Source: Vitrella brassicaformis CCMP3155
Lineage: Eukaryota; Protista; Chromerida
Direction of reading: 5' to 3'
Assembly: GCA_001179505.1 (NCBI GenBank)
Contig: CDMY01000176.1
Coordinates: 112,933-176,932, forward strand
DNA length: 64,000 nt
Shown here: piece by piece, positions 14,301 to 27,012 of the stretch
Layout: each line of letters starts with the position of its first letter
Numbering within the stretch: the stretch's first letter is position 1
Translations under genes and position numbers: made by a program
The notes under the pieces: model-generated
The model's input: only the letters and a program-made list of their open reading frames with translations
Database searches by the model: none
Told to the model about the DNA's origin: nothing

Positions 14301-15598
14301 GCGCGGGTGCAGCCCGCCAAGGTGCCCTACTACACGCGAACACGAGATCACACCGATGTCGACGTCCTCACAACCAACCAGCAAGTGTGTGTGTAACAAA
14401 TGCTAACGAACGAATGCATTCATTCGCATGAATCCATCCACCACCCCACCCCACCCCGTGTGTGTATGTCAGGACGACTCGATCGACGGCATTGAGGTAT
14501 CGACCTACCGCGGCCGTCTACAGGTCTGCCTCAAGGTCTGGGGCTATCGAAAGGTAGGTGGGCAAGCAAAGGTTTGGTGGCCATGCCCTGGGCGCCCACA
14601 GCATACTGCACTGCACACTGTACATCATTCACCACACGTGTGCGTGGCGTCAACGGTGTGTGTGATCATACATATGCAGTTTTGGAGGAGCAGCTCTCAG
14701 CCGTTCGATTCGACAGTAGGGCTGGGTCTGCCGCCCATAGCCTACCAGACCGACGGGTTTTGGTTCGACATCGAGCGGCCCCTGAGAGACAAACTCGACA
14801 AGAGAGGACTCGACATGTGACCGAGGAGAGAGAAGGGGGAAGGAAGACACGAACGACGCTGGATTCGATTCGGTGTGCACGCACCACGTGGTGTGGGTGT
14901 GTTGTGTTGTGCAGCCGTGGTGGTATCCATGGCGCCGAGCACGCCCTGCTAGCTGTCGTCCCCCTGTTTGTCCTCTGTGACCGCACCGACATCAGTAACG
15001 ACCACGACACACCACCCCACCCGCATTAACTGACGCACACAATGCGTTCCTGGATTGATGGATGGATGTTTGCAGGCTGTGAGTGCCCCAATCCGTGGGA
15101 TGAGCGGCTGCGTCCCCTGCGGCTGGTGGTCTTCGACTCGACGCCAGGCGGTGTGGGCATCAGCATGCGCGCCTTCCAGCAGGCCAGGGGCATCGCACGG
15201 GCTGCTCTGCAGCTCGTCAACGACTGCACATGCGACCAGGGATGCCCCGCATGCGTCTGCCACCCTAACTGGTATCAATCCAATGGCATCCACCAACCCA
15301 CCCGGGCTGCCCACCACACGGGGCCCATCTCACGAGCATGACATGAATGTAATGTGTGGATGGATGCAGCGGCGAGTACAATGCGGTGATCAGCAAGCCT
15401 GCCGCCCTGGTGGTTCTTCGCGCGATGGTGCGGGGCTACGAGGGGGCGCTGGACGAGGAGAGCGACATAGACGAGAATGAGGCGGCCGGCGGTGGTGCTA
15501 CTGATGACTTGTGGGGGGATGGGGCGGGCATGATGGAAGGGGGGGATCATGATCATGACCATGGAGAGGGGGATGGGGAGAGGGAGGGAGCTGAGTGA
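8379..15598 (+). CDS. HRQ1: Hrq1/MrfA-type (RecQ4-like) DEAH-box helicase with C-terminal DUF1998 zinc-binding domain
   Basis: Motif I TSTSSGKSL, FPTKALAQDQLRAL, TFDGDTP, ILTNPDM, motif II VVIDEAHVY, motif III CSATIANP, YRAGY, TNALELGIDIG and motif VI QQFGRAGR. DUF1998 motifs GGIHGAEHALL, CEC, VFDSTPGGVG and CTCDQGCPAC. Spans two N gaps. Confidence 0.93.
11925..12224. other. Assembly gap of exactly 300 N; others at 12958-13257, 21060-21359, 30485-30784 and 53748-54047
   Basis: All five gaps are 300 N, indicating a fixed placeholder size. Most are flanked by poly-C or poly-G runs on one or both sides. Confidence 0.98.
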
Positions 15599-16428
15599 GT
15601 GTATGCATTGATCGCATCGCAAGAGACTCAGCGGTTTGCGCCCTGTGTGTGTGTGTGACGGTGAGTGAGGCAGGCCTTGTTGGACATCCATCCATCCATC
15701 AGTGGGTGGATGGATGTGAATGGCTTCTTCTCGTCGAACGAGAGGCCCTTGCCGCCTTTGCCTCCACCCTTGGGCGGCATGGTGTGAAGTGACCGACAGC
15801 CGGATGGCCAGACGAATGAATCGATCGAAAGAGAGAAGAGACAAACAGTCAGTCAGTCAGTCGACCCAAGACGTGGTGCAGTTATGCGGTTGAAGCGGCT
15901 GTGTACACGTATACATACGTATGTACGTATGTACGTATGTCTATTGGATCTGATCGCTTCCTGTGCGATGGTCAGTCGGCATCCGTGCGATGGTCTCCAA
16001 TTCATTCAGTCAGACGTCTGTGTCTCTTGGCCTGGCGTCTCCACGAGTACATCCATCCATGGCCATGAATACTTGCAGAGACTCGAGCTACGGGTGATGA
16101 AACAACCAAAGGAAATCGGCTTCTACGTCTTCGAGTCTGTCTGTGTGTGACCGCTTCTTCCTTCCAGATGTGGACCTTCCAGATGTGGAGGTGTGCACTG
16201 TCAGAAGTAAACCTTCTCATTGAAGGCCCTGAACATTATATAACACAATACAAGACAGTGGGTGACAAAGAAAGGGAGGTCCGAATGGGCAGTCAGTAGG
16301 GTAACACCAATGCGACATGGATGAATCGACGTGTACTCACTTCAAGTAGAGATTGTAGGGGCTTTGCTTCTCGGCTGCAAGCATGCACAAACCATCGAAT
16401 CAAGAACCAGCCCCCTCCCCCCACTCAC

Positions 16429-17245
16429 TCACTCACCCTTCGCCAGCGCCTTTCTGATCTCGACTTCGTTGGCGAAGCCGAGCTTCTCCTTGAGGATGAA
16501 GTGGGTGGCGGCGCGGAGGAAGAACGAGTGGCTGGCGAACAGAGTGCCGTCCTGGAGCATCGGGGCCTCCCCCCCGCTGCCCTTGGGGATCGATTTGTGG
16601 ATGGGCCACCAGGCAACTGTGTTCATCAACACCCATAGATGCGAACGAGACACAGGCCGTGTGCGCGTGTCTGTGTGTGTGCATGTGTTGCCGACCGACC
16701 TTCGGAAGAGTCGGACCCTCCGGGCAGGTCGGTGAGCTCTTTAGCGAGGTTGTCAGGGAGGTTGTCAGGGACCATCCATCCCAAAACGAACGACTCCATC
16801 CAGGCGTTGTCGGTGTTGCGGGGGTCGTCAACTGAACGAACGCACGAGTAAATCAAATGGTGAGCCATCGATCCACTAAGGGAATCAGTACATTCATACC
16901 AACGTTGGTATCCTTTCCTGTAATACGTACGTACCGTATCCTGCGTACACCGGTGTAGCCGACGACTGCAGTGTCTCGACACCGCCGTGCTCCTCGTTTC
17001 CCGAGATGTGCACCTCGCAGTCGGCTTCCTTGCACTTGTCCTCGCCGTTCTTGCAGGCGAACTTGATGTCGCCTTCGGCGACCTCCAGGCCCAGTGTTTT
17101 CATCATGGCCTGGAAGCTCGGCTTCTCTTGGATGGTGCTCCAGTTGTCGCAGATGGACTCGCCCTCCTTGCCCGTCAATGTTTCCTCGATCAGCTCCCTG
17201 ATCGACCGGCAAAGAGACAGTCTCGAGACATTGCGTGTGTGTAGC

Positions 17246-17277
<32 letters not shown>

Positions 17278-18631
17278 GCTTGACCGTGCGGCAGTGATCA
17301 CTGGCGTGTGATACTCCTGTCCACGTCAGCCAACACACACGCATGTCCACACTGGACACGAGTGTGTCTCCGTCTCTCGTCTGTCCACACGCGGCGCACC
17401 TTATCGTCGACCATTCCGCCAGGGAAAGCCCAGTCGCCGCTGTCCTTGCGCTTGATGAGCAAAATCTCAAGCTCCTCAGTCGTGGGATTCTTGCGAAACA
17501 AGGTGACAGGCCAAGTAAAGGAAGAGTCAAGGAAGATCTCAGGTGCGGTACCTTGCGGCCCAACTGCATCGACACCATTGCATCCAAGAGTGAGCGCTCA
17601 TTCCCGTCCGTCCGTTTCTCTCCGCTTACTGACCAAGGAGTCTGCGGCGAAGTTGGGGCCCCACTTGCCGAGGCCACCTCTGCTGATGACGCCGGTGCAG
17701 TGTCTCGGGTTCACCGGAAAGCCCACAGGGAAGCCCTCCCACACACTGTGGCTTGTGCCGCGTGTGATCTTGTCCTTCAGCAGCCAAGTGGGCAGCGGGG
17801 AGGGGAACGCGAGACCCTGCTCAAGCCGGTCAATGGTGGGGATGGTGAAAGCAGTCAGCTCGCCCATCACCGCCTCGCCCGACACGGCCACGGTTTGTTC
17901 CGAGGTGTCGTAGAGATCCGTGCAGGGCGAAGTGTTGGCCTTGTCCTCGATGGGAGAAAAGGTCCGGCGGGTGTGGCCGAGTTGATCGTCGCGCTTGCTG
18001 CCGCGGATGATGGCCATGGTTTTTCCGTCCAGCAGATGCCTAGACTGTCTTTTGCTCTCCAGGACCTCCAGAGCTTCGTCACACCATCTACGTGCACACA
18101 AAGACAACCAGATGCACCGAGACATACACACCATGTGATCCGATCCCGGCCTCTCCACACTCTCACTCACGGGGGGGCCTTGCCCGACAGCCACTTGTTG
18201 ACTATATATCACCACAAAGACGAGACATATATGTGCATGAGACATGTGAAGGGCCGGACGATCTATGTATCGTCTGCATGTGCGCTGTGCGTTTTGCGAT
18301 CACCGTGGCATTGATCAAAGTAGACAGGTTTGGTGGCGTTAGGGGCGTCCTCCACCAGGCCCCCTCCAGCATTCTTGGTCTTGTTGACCAGCTTCATGAA
18401 GCCCTCCTCCCGGCGGTTGGACGGCTCCCTCTCGCCTGACGCCACCTCGTAGAATCCTTTGTAGACGAGCCCCGCCTGCTGCTTCGCAAACGGCCCAGCA
18501 CGCGCGATTGTCACATTGAGATTGGCGTGGCGGCCAACATGCCGACCGACTAAGGAGGCCGGGAGGATGGCATTGCATTGCAGGCCGGAAGCAGCAAAAG
18601 CAAACAGGATCAGAGACGCCGTTGGTACCAT
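16429..18631 (-). CDS. NUDT9: NUDT9-like ADP-ribose pyrophosphatase (Nudix) with an N-terminal signal peptide
   Basis: NUDT9 signatures PVNPRHCTGVISRGGLGKWGPNFAAD, LLIKRKDSGDWAFPGGMVDD, RELIEE, YVDDPRNTDNAWMES and LFASHSFFL. Hydrophobic start MVPTASLILFAFAASGLQCNA. The last exon is uncertain and could extend towards 16.2 kb. Confidence 0.88.
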
Positions 18632-18929
18632 GACAGCTGCCTGAGGAGAGACTGCGAGACGAAGCACCCCCAGTGTCGCCCCCATTTGCATGCAGCTGCT
18701 GAATTTTGGCCTGGAACGTAGATCAGCGGACTGCGAGGTAGAACGCATGCGGGAAGGAATGTGCGTTTCTGGTAATGATAGATCTTTTGAAGTTTCGCCG
18801 GCGACACGGATGAGTGATCATATTCAATGGTCAATGATGCGAACAAAACAGCTGTGAGAGCATGTCCGTCCAAGCATGCCTATCAGTGTCACGATACGAT
18901 GTCAAACGGATGGGAACTGGTGTCTTGTC

Positions 18930-20290
18930 TGCTCACGCAGAGCAGCAAAAGAATGAATGAATGAATGAATGAATGCGTCACCCATCCCTCACGCACGGAC
19001 CCATCATCATGCGTATGGATGGATGGTTGGTATGTGCCAAACCCCGTTCGTTTCGTTTCGTGTGCAGCATTGAGCCCCTGGTGCCATGCCATGCCATCTC
19101 GGTCCACCCCCATCTACCCACCCACCCACACACCCACCGACGCAGCCCACCAAACACAACACGACAGACAGCCCATGCACCCAGCAGGAAGTGAAAAATT
19201 GAGACATAACTGCGTACCAAGGGAGGAGGAAACAAGAGCAAGTATCATGACAGGTGGGGAGGCAGGCAGCCATGCAGGCACAGAGACAGACAGCCATGCG
19301 GTGCGGACAGGCAGGCAGGCAGGCAGGCAGGCATGCAGATGAAGCACTCATTCATTCACACGCATCCATCGTGCATGCAATGCCGTGCAGCAAAAGCAAA
19401 TAAGAGCATTAAGCGGTCAGCCCCACCCCTCTCTCCCACCCCACAGCACCCAGCAAAAATGCCCCGTGTCGTGTCGTACGCGATGACCCAAAGGTCAAAC
19501 TTGTGGTTTCGCCCCCCTCCCCGCAGCCCTGGCCAGCCAGCCAGCCAGCCAAGCCCAGCAACTGCCTCCCGAGCACCCGCCAATCCACCCGCCCTCCCCA
19601 CTTCCCACCGCAGCTAACACTGACTGATCCATCAATGCCGGCTTGTCCGGTGTACGACGCACGCAGGGATTGATTTGCCACTCGACACGCACTTCATCCA
19701 TTCATTCATTGACGCACACACACACATGCACTGTCCTATGGACTTGCAATGCATGTAGCCAGTCAGCCATGTAGGTATGTAGGTATGTTTGTATGCACTG
19801 CAGACACGCAGACAGACTCCAATGAATGAATGCACTTCACCCACCCACGCACCCAGCCATCCATCCACCCACCCGAGCATGCAATGCAGTCAAGGCAGCC
19901 AGCCAGCCCCCAAATCCATTGGATATCGCACCCTCCCTCCCACCCTCCCTCCCCGCCCGCAGCGCAGCAAGTGTGAAGGTTGTTGGTTTGTATGAAGGAG
20001 GCACCACCCTTCCCTTCCCGCCCAGCCCACACCATGTGTCCATGTGTGTACGTGTGTATGTGTATGCAGCAGGCCAAGCCCCCGTTCGTGTTGTGTTGCG
20101 GACTAAATCCACACTACACCCACCCACCCACCAGCCCGTACGTGCGCATATCGGCACATCGCATCACATCGCATCGCGTCGCATCGCATCGACCTGTCTC
20201 TCCCGCACTGCCGCCCCTCTCTCCTCGGCTCAGATCAGCTCAGCTCAGCCCAGATCAGATCAGATCAGAGGCGCAACTGCACTGCATTTT
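18930..20290. repeat. Intergenic mosaic of microsatellites ((GAAT)n, (GCAG)n, (CCAG)n, (CATC)n, (CATCG)n, (CAGAT)n)
   Basis: Directly visible short tandem repeats. The ORFs here are low-complexity translations of these repeats. Confidence 0.85.
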
Positions 20291-20298
20291 ACTGCACT

Positions 20299-23200
20299 TC
20301 ATTCCTCATACTGCTGTCGGGACGCCTGTGCAAGCGCCTCTGCTGAGATGACCGAGCTCCAGTGCTGAAGGGCAGCCTGACCAGAGCACACGGGATGCAC
20401 AAACAGAAGGCGTCAACGGTTGGTTGCTCATGATGGTTTGCCGGTGCTCTGTTCTGGTCTGCTCACCTTTGCGGGAGGCATGTTGCTGCTTTTGTCGGTG
20501 TTGGAGAACTCCTCCTTGATGGCGGGGCCGTTGGGCGTGAGGCTCATGTTCATGGGCAGCGGCATCAGGGGGATCTGACCCGTGTAGATGCACGGAGGCA
20601 GCTGCAGGTTGCCGCCTGGCTGAATGAACCAACCAACCAAACAACATCAGACACACATGAGTCGAGCACAATACACGGACCCATCCCTGTCTGTCTCATC
20701 TCACCCCGTAGAACAAGGTCTGAGGGTTCTGCACGTCGGTGAAGCCCATGGATGCGACGGAGGCCGGCAGCCCCAGGTCGGCCAGGGTCAAGAACGGCTT
20801 CCCCTCCACAGTGATCGGCTTCTTCCCTCCGCCGTTGGCAGACCGCTCCGTCTCGAAAGCAGGCGAGGGCTGCTTGACGGGCGGTGCCGGCGCGGGTGTC
20901 GGCGCTGGTGCGGGTGTGTTGGTGTGTGGCAGAGGCGGGGGTGGGGGGAAGGCCGGCATGGTGCTGGGGGGAGGGGGCACCGCCTTGGGGGGAGGGGCCA
21001 CGTTGGTGTGGCTGTATGTGGTGGCGTTGGTGTGGCGGGGTGGCATGGGGGGCTTCTCGNNNNNNNNNNNNNNNNNNNNNNNNNNNNNNNNNNNNNNNNN
21101 NNNNNNNNNNNNNNNNNNNNNNNNNNNNNNNNNNNNNNNNNNNNNNNNNNNNNNNNNNNNNNNNNNNNNNNNNNNNNNNNNNNNNNNNNNNNNNNNNNNN
21201 NNNNNNNNNNNNNNNNNNNNNNNNNNNNNNNNNNNNNNNNNNNNNNNNNNNNNNNNNNNNNNNNNNNNNNNNNNNNNNNNNNNNNNNNNNNNNNNNNNNN
21301 NNNNNNNNNNNNNNNNNNNNNNNNNNNNNNNNNNNNNNNNNNNNNNNNNNNNNNNNNNNGGCATGGGGGGCTTCTCGCCTGGCGGGGTGGGGGTGGGTGC
21401 GATGGAGACCGACGGCAGCCTCGGCTTGCGACGCTTCTGCGTGACCTTGGCACGCTGCAATTCGACACAACAAGACACGCAATGAAGGTCAGACTTAGAG
21501 AGCAGGCGGCCTCATTGCGTGTGCGTACCAGCTGATCGGTGCCGTGGGCGTGACGGCAGGTGTCACCAGCCCTGCACAAACGAACGATGGACAAACGTGC
21601 AGATCCCCTCTGTGTGTCTAGGCGGTGTGCGACATACTTGCAAAATCCGGCCATCCAGAAGGCGCAGAGCTCCGTCTTGTAGAAGTCACCAGTCGCCCGC
21701 AGTTCCTCCAACCCATGGGCGAACACGCAGTCCTCCTTCCTGCACATCACATTGGGCCACACACGGAGGGACCGTGAGACGCGCGATGTGATGTGATGTG
21801 TACCCTGCCCTGGTCCTTGTCGTCCGTCCATCCCTTTCTTTGTCCTGTCTGTCCCTGCCCGCTCACTTGCAGAGTCCCATCCTGAAGAGGCTGCACATGC
21901 GTGTCTTGGTGAGGTCGGGGGGGCTGCGGAGCTCCGACTCGGAGTGTGCGAAGTGGCAGCGGCTGCCCTTGCGGCACTGACCTTGCTGCAGCACACATCA
22001 CATAACACAGGCAAGAAAAGGCTGAATGGTGGGCGTGATGTGATGTCCGTGTCGTGTTTCGTTGGTGCTCCCTTGCCTGGACGTGAAACTTGCAGAGCTT
22101 CGTCTTGTAGAACGAGTCGCCCACGCGCACATTCTCGTTGCTGGCCGGCTCTGCACCCAGTCAGTAACACAGACGCACAAGACAGTCATACAAATGAATG
22201 ACGTCAACATAACATGCCAAGAGGCCACTGATCTTCTCTCTCTGCTGCGTGAGTGTCATGGCATGCTCTTCCCACCCTGCTCGGCTGTGTCCTCGACGGT
22301 CGTCTCGACCTCCTCCTGCACATGGGTCGGCTTGTCGGCCTCTGCCACGGCCTCGATGTCCTGCTGCGCGAGCTCTTTCTGGCGGTAGTCGTCATCCTCA
22401 TCGGACGACACAGACCCCTCGGGCGGCTGGTCGTACCCAAAACCTGGACCGATGTTCATCACAGCCATCGGCACACCGTCCTGCACATGACATGACATCA
22501 TAAACCACCACATCACACCATCAAGACACAGTCACACATGAGGAACAGCCAGCTGCGTGTGTGTGCGCGTTGGTTGGCAGACTGACCTCGATTTCGAGTT
22601 TGACGCCGGGCACCATGCCAGCGGCGTAGCAGGGCGGTAGGTGGATCTTGGCCTGAGTGGTGGTCATCAGTCCCTTGTTCTTGACGTTCATGCCACCGAA
22701 CCCTTCGTAAGGGTCAGTCACGCCACACCCGCCGTCCCTGCTGCAGCTCCCGCACCCACCGGACGACGAGAGCGACGACAGACCGGGAGACGCGGGCCGC
22801 GCGCCGACCAGACGAGCCAAAATGTCGGCGCCCGCTTGCTGCCCCTCGGTGGGTGACCTGCTCTCCGCCGAAGGCACGGTGGCCTTGGCGGCCTCCTGCT
22901 CGGTGTTGGTGGAGTCCATGGCGACGTGTGCCGACCGGAAGCAGCCCGCCGAGCCGATCTTCTGCTTGCAGCACTCGTAGTAGTATGTGCCATGGGACGG
23001 GAGGCCGTTGGTGTCTGAGAGTGGCGAGAGGGGGGTGGATGTCTCGTTGATGACCACGAAGTTGCTCACGGGGTGGTAGAGGCACGACAGAGGGCCGTTG
23101 CGTGTCTCGTCTACAAGCACCACACACAAACATCACATCACACACCAGTCTGGTGTGCATCTTCTCCTCAGTGGTGTGTGTCTGTGCTATGGATCGCTGG

Positions 23201-23589
23201 GCCGTACCGAAGAGACACTGGCAGTTGCGGCAGGTGGACGGCCATGGGAGGCCGTAGTACTCGAACTCGGCCCGCAGCGCACCCTCATAGTCTTTGGGCA
23301 ACTCACCCACACGCACGTACCGCAACACCTGAATGAAGACAGATCCACAGCCACACACGCGCACACCCACTCATGTCTACGAATGCTAAAGCAGCCCTTC
23401 CTCCCTGTGAGTCTGGCGTGCCTGCTTGAAGAGCGATGCCTCGCGGTCCACCACAATGTTCCCGTCATCATCCCTCACACCCTCAGCAGCCGCCTGCTTG
23501 AAAAATGGCAGCGCCAGCAGCGTGGGGTTAGTCAGCTGCGTTACCACGCCCCCGACATTGAGCTTGAGCGACGACAGCGTCTCGGTCAT
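20299..23589 (-). CDS. BTB/POZ (KCTD-type) + Cys/His zinc motif + three CCCH zinc fingers + Pro-rich tail
   Basis: BTB: LKLNVGG...IVVDREASLFKQVLRYVRVGELP...AEFEYYGL. Zinc-like motif CRNC..CLYHP..YECC..GC..H. Fingers CKFHVQQGQC-x5-C-x3-H, CSLFRMGLC-x4-C-x3-H and CAFWMAGFC-x5-C-x3-H. All joined by in-phase introns; ends QQYEE*. Spans one gap. Confidence 0.8.
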
Positions 23590-23883
23590 GATGATGGCGG
23601 TGTGGGTGGCCGTCGACAGACTTGTCTCACGCAGCAAGAGGCAAGTGTGCGACACGACCACTCACGAGCGAAAGTGTAAGGGTATGGAGTGTGCGAGCAC
23701 AGAGTCCGTCGAAACGCTGACAGAACAGTTCTGACCGGTCACGACGGCAGCCAGCGGATCACAAAGGGGAGCTAAGGGTGCACAAAACACATCCCTACTG
23801 GCGGAAAACCCTAAAGACCGAACCCTTCAAGTTGGTCATGACCCCAATTGCTTGACCTACACACCAACCTCTCCTTCCAACAA

Positions 23884-25576
23884 ATGCACCCTCAGGGCCC
23901 CCGTGCTTCGAACAGTGCGACACCTCCGAGAGCCCCGCAACCCAGCGGCGCTCACTTGGCACACAGCCTCAGCAGGCAGGCAAAAGGGGCTCTGCAAAGG
24001 TCGCCCCTGCACTGCGCGAAGCCACCACGTGCACCCCACACCCTCGCCACCAAGAGTAGCCTGCAAAAGCAGAGTGGCCAATACGTGCGGCTGCTTGCCT
24101 GCTCGGAAGCAAAGAAGACCGCTCAGCACAAGCAGTGCAAACGTCAGCTGGAGACGGATGGATGCGGCATCAGCGAAGGGGTGGAGCGGCCATCGAGCCC
24201 GTCTTTCTTTCGCCCGGTGGCTGATGTGGAGCGGCCGTCAATCACAATCCCGTCTTGCTCTCAGTCGGTGGGAACACAGGCTGAATGCCGAGAGGCAGAA
24301 GCCGCCACGCGAGCCGCCCCAGCCGATGCGGTACCCTCAGTGAAGCAGGTGATAGATCCGTAGCTGGTGCTCAAGGACAATCTCAGACTCATCGAGCAGG
24401 TACTGTGCTTACTGACATAGGTGAGACAGGGCCGAGAAACATGTACGTACAACGGTGTTCGATCATGATTGTTTCGTGCGATCGATGCAGTGTCGGAGCA
24501 CGAGCTTTCACATGAAGCACATGACGCTTGTCAGACACCTCGTGAGACGGGATAAAGACACGCATCGGGAATTTGCCTTGAATGGTCAATCTATGTCGTT
24601 TCAGGAGGGAACTGTGGAGGCACTGAAGCTCATGATTGCCAGCAGGAACAGCCTCAAGGAAGAGAAAGACAGCCTCCTCATGCAGCTCAGGGTGGGTGCA
24701 TCGCATCCCTTGTGCCCCTGACGTCCCCACTTTGTCTCGCTGTTACTTGCAGGAGACCTCTCGCACCCTCCTTCAGTCGACAAGCCATGTGGAGGAGCTG
24801 CAGGGCGAAATCGACAGACTTGCGATGCAACTTCAAACTGCTGAGGTGAGAAGGATGGAGGGAAGGACGGTGTGTCTCCTGGAATACGTGATGTCTCTCC
24901 GCCAGACGCGTGTGATTGCCTTGAGAGAGCAGTGCGCCCTGCATCATCAGTGTCATGTGCGCCCGCCCCCACTCATGGTGTGGGCGCATGTTCTGGGTTC
25001 ACTACATCAGAGTATGTGTCGCGGTTGTATGCGTCTCTCCTGTTGCATCCCCGCCAGCGCATGGGTGCCTTCGAGCAGCTGTACAGGCATCATCCACCCA
25101 TGACGGACCGCTCCCCAAGCAGGTATATGCACAAGCCATCGAGTCAACAGATCTCACGCCATCATGACATGTACTGTCTCTCGCACAGGCAGACCAGCCC
25201 AAGGATGCTTGCTGCAGAGGGACCCTCGTCTGCTGTGCCCGGACGTGAGCCGGATGAATGCCCACCCGGTGGCGAGGCACAAATGGCGACCTCAGAGGAA
25301 AGCCGATACCCACAGGTCATGCAACGACTCGCTGTGTCCATCTTGTCTCATCAGGTGGATGAGCCGCGCCGCACAGAAGAAACCATCAGACCGATGGATG
25401 GGCCTCTCGACTCACCGAGGATCGGCAGAGATCGCCCGCCACCACCTCCAACAGCAGCATCACTGACGCTGCCACTGACAGAGAGGACAGCCTCACATGT
25501 GAAGGAGGAGAAAACGAGGCCATGTCTCCCCTACACGGTATTCACACATTGCGCCATTCGGTGTCATTGCCCTTAA
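23884..25576 (+). CDS. Uncharacterised protein with a central coiled coil
   Basis: Exons LVLKDNLRLIEQ, EGTVEALKLMIASRNSLKEEKDSLLMQLR and ETSRTLLQSTSHVEELQGEIDRLAMQLQTAE show heptad character and have GT/AG ends. The 3' structure is uncertain. Confidence 0.5.
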
Positions 25577-25875
25577 TTTGCCATTTGCTGCTCCCGTTTC
25601 CAGCTACTGACCCCTCGTGGTGCCCAGCGCACCTGTCGTCTCGGCTTTGTTGGGGATCTGCTGAAATCGAAACCACTGCAGCAGCACCCACAGCAGCGCC
25701 AAAAGGCTGCCACCGCGCCTCCCACACCGGCAGGCGAGACACGCGCGCTTCCCTTCTACCCCTTTGATTTCGTCAGGAGCTTCGGGACGAATCAGAAGAC
25801 TACAACGCACGAGACACGATCGGCCCAGCGGCAGATCGATGGTGACGGACAGGAGAAACAGACGGTCCTGCGGCC

Positions 25876-27012
25876 TCAGGCGGAGAGAGAAGCTCTTAGT
25901 GGGTGCCCTCGCCCGTCTGCAAGTTCTGCCCGTTCTGTGCCGCTACCCATATGTGCCCAGCCGCCGCCTAGACGTGGCAATGGAGGTGGGAAGAGTAGCA
26001 GACGGCCCGGCTGATTCGACTCGATGCAGTTAGTAGCTTTGTACTGTAATACGATGGTAGCCTTGACCTGTTTGTGTGTTGTAGCTTCAGTACGGTAGCA
26101 TTCACATGGCAAGACGCGCCTTATCCATCCGTGTGCATCGATTGTTTGCATCACACATTGTCAGGCGAAGGATGACTGTCTTTCCCTTGCAGTGTGCAAA
26201 ATGCGCTGGGGCTCTTGATCAACTCCCTGCCCCAAACTGTGACCGCCTCGAACGTGTCCCTTGGTTTCGCCGTTTCGCCAGAAACCGGGTTGAGTTGCGG
26301 CTCGAACTTCAGGACGAGATGGGAGTAGAGGAAATCGCCTTTCTTGTCCTCGTGCCGGGCTGCAAAGCCCCCCCCCGAGGACCTATGAGAGACCGACAGA
26401 CTCTGCCTGCCGTTGCGCTATGAGTTAACGTATTTTCACCTTGACGCGGTAGAAGTCCTGTTTGTCTTCTGATGACAAAAAAGGACTCGAGTCGGCAGTG
26501 GGGCGGCGCCTTGCAGGACTGGTCCACCAACCGTCCACCAACCCACGAGTCCATCGTCTTGGGAACCAGGCAGGTGAAGTCGTCGAGTGTGTAGGGAGTT
26601 CGATTGCGCTTCCAATGGATGCGAGACGCGGCTGGGCACTGGAGTGTCCAGTCGACACTGTCCGTGTATGTCCCGTATTCAGCCGGATCCCAATGGTAGG
26701 TGTAGATGCAGAGCTCCCCGTTCTTGATGCTCTGCCAGAGCACCCGCAGAGACAATCATTCCTTGAGCTGAGAGGAGTTTTCATTTTCTTCTGGTACAGA
26801 ATACCTCGAGGAGGCTTCTCTTGATGAATTTCTGCCAATTCTCCTTCATTGTGGCGGTGCTGTTCCTGCTGGAGAGCTGGCGGCCTGCAGAAATGAACGA
26901 GACGCAGCACGTAACGGTCGAGGCTCTCTGTCGGTTGCCTTTGGTCTTTGCTCTACTAGCTACCTTGAGCCACGACGGTGATGGCGGCGAAGGCGCAGAA
27001 TGTCAGCTTCAT
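25876..27012 (-). CDS. Uncharacterised secreted protein
   Basis: Signal-peptide-like first exon MKLTFCAFAAITVVAQ, then exons with SIKNGELCIYTYHWDPAEYGTYTDSVDWTLQC, GDFLYSHLVLKFEPQL and VKATIVLQYKATNCIE. Middle splice phases are not fully resolved. Confidence 0.5.

Noticed and set aside
16160-16189. Tandem 15-mer CCTTCCAGATGTGGA x2
   Set aside because: Only two copies with no spacer; ordinary slippage, not CRISPR-like.
21042-21378. The same 18-mer GGCATGGGGGGCTTCTCG (EKPPMP) on both sides of a 300-N gap, resembling a target-site duplication
   Set aside because: Most simply an unmerged contig overlap or collapsed coding repeat at a placeholder gap; no transposon sequence is visible.
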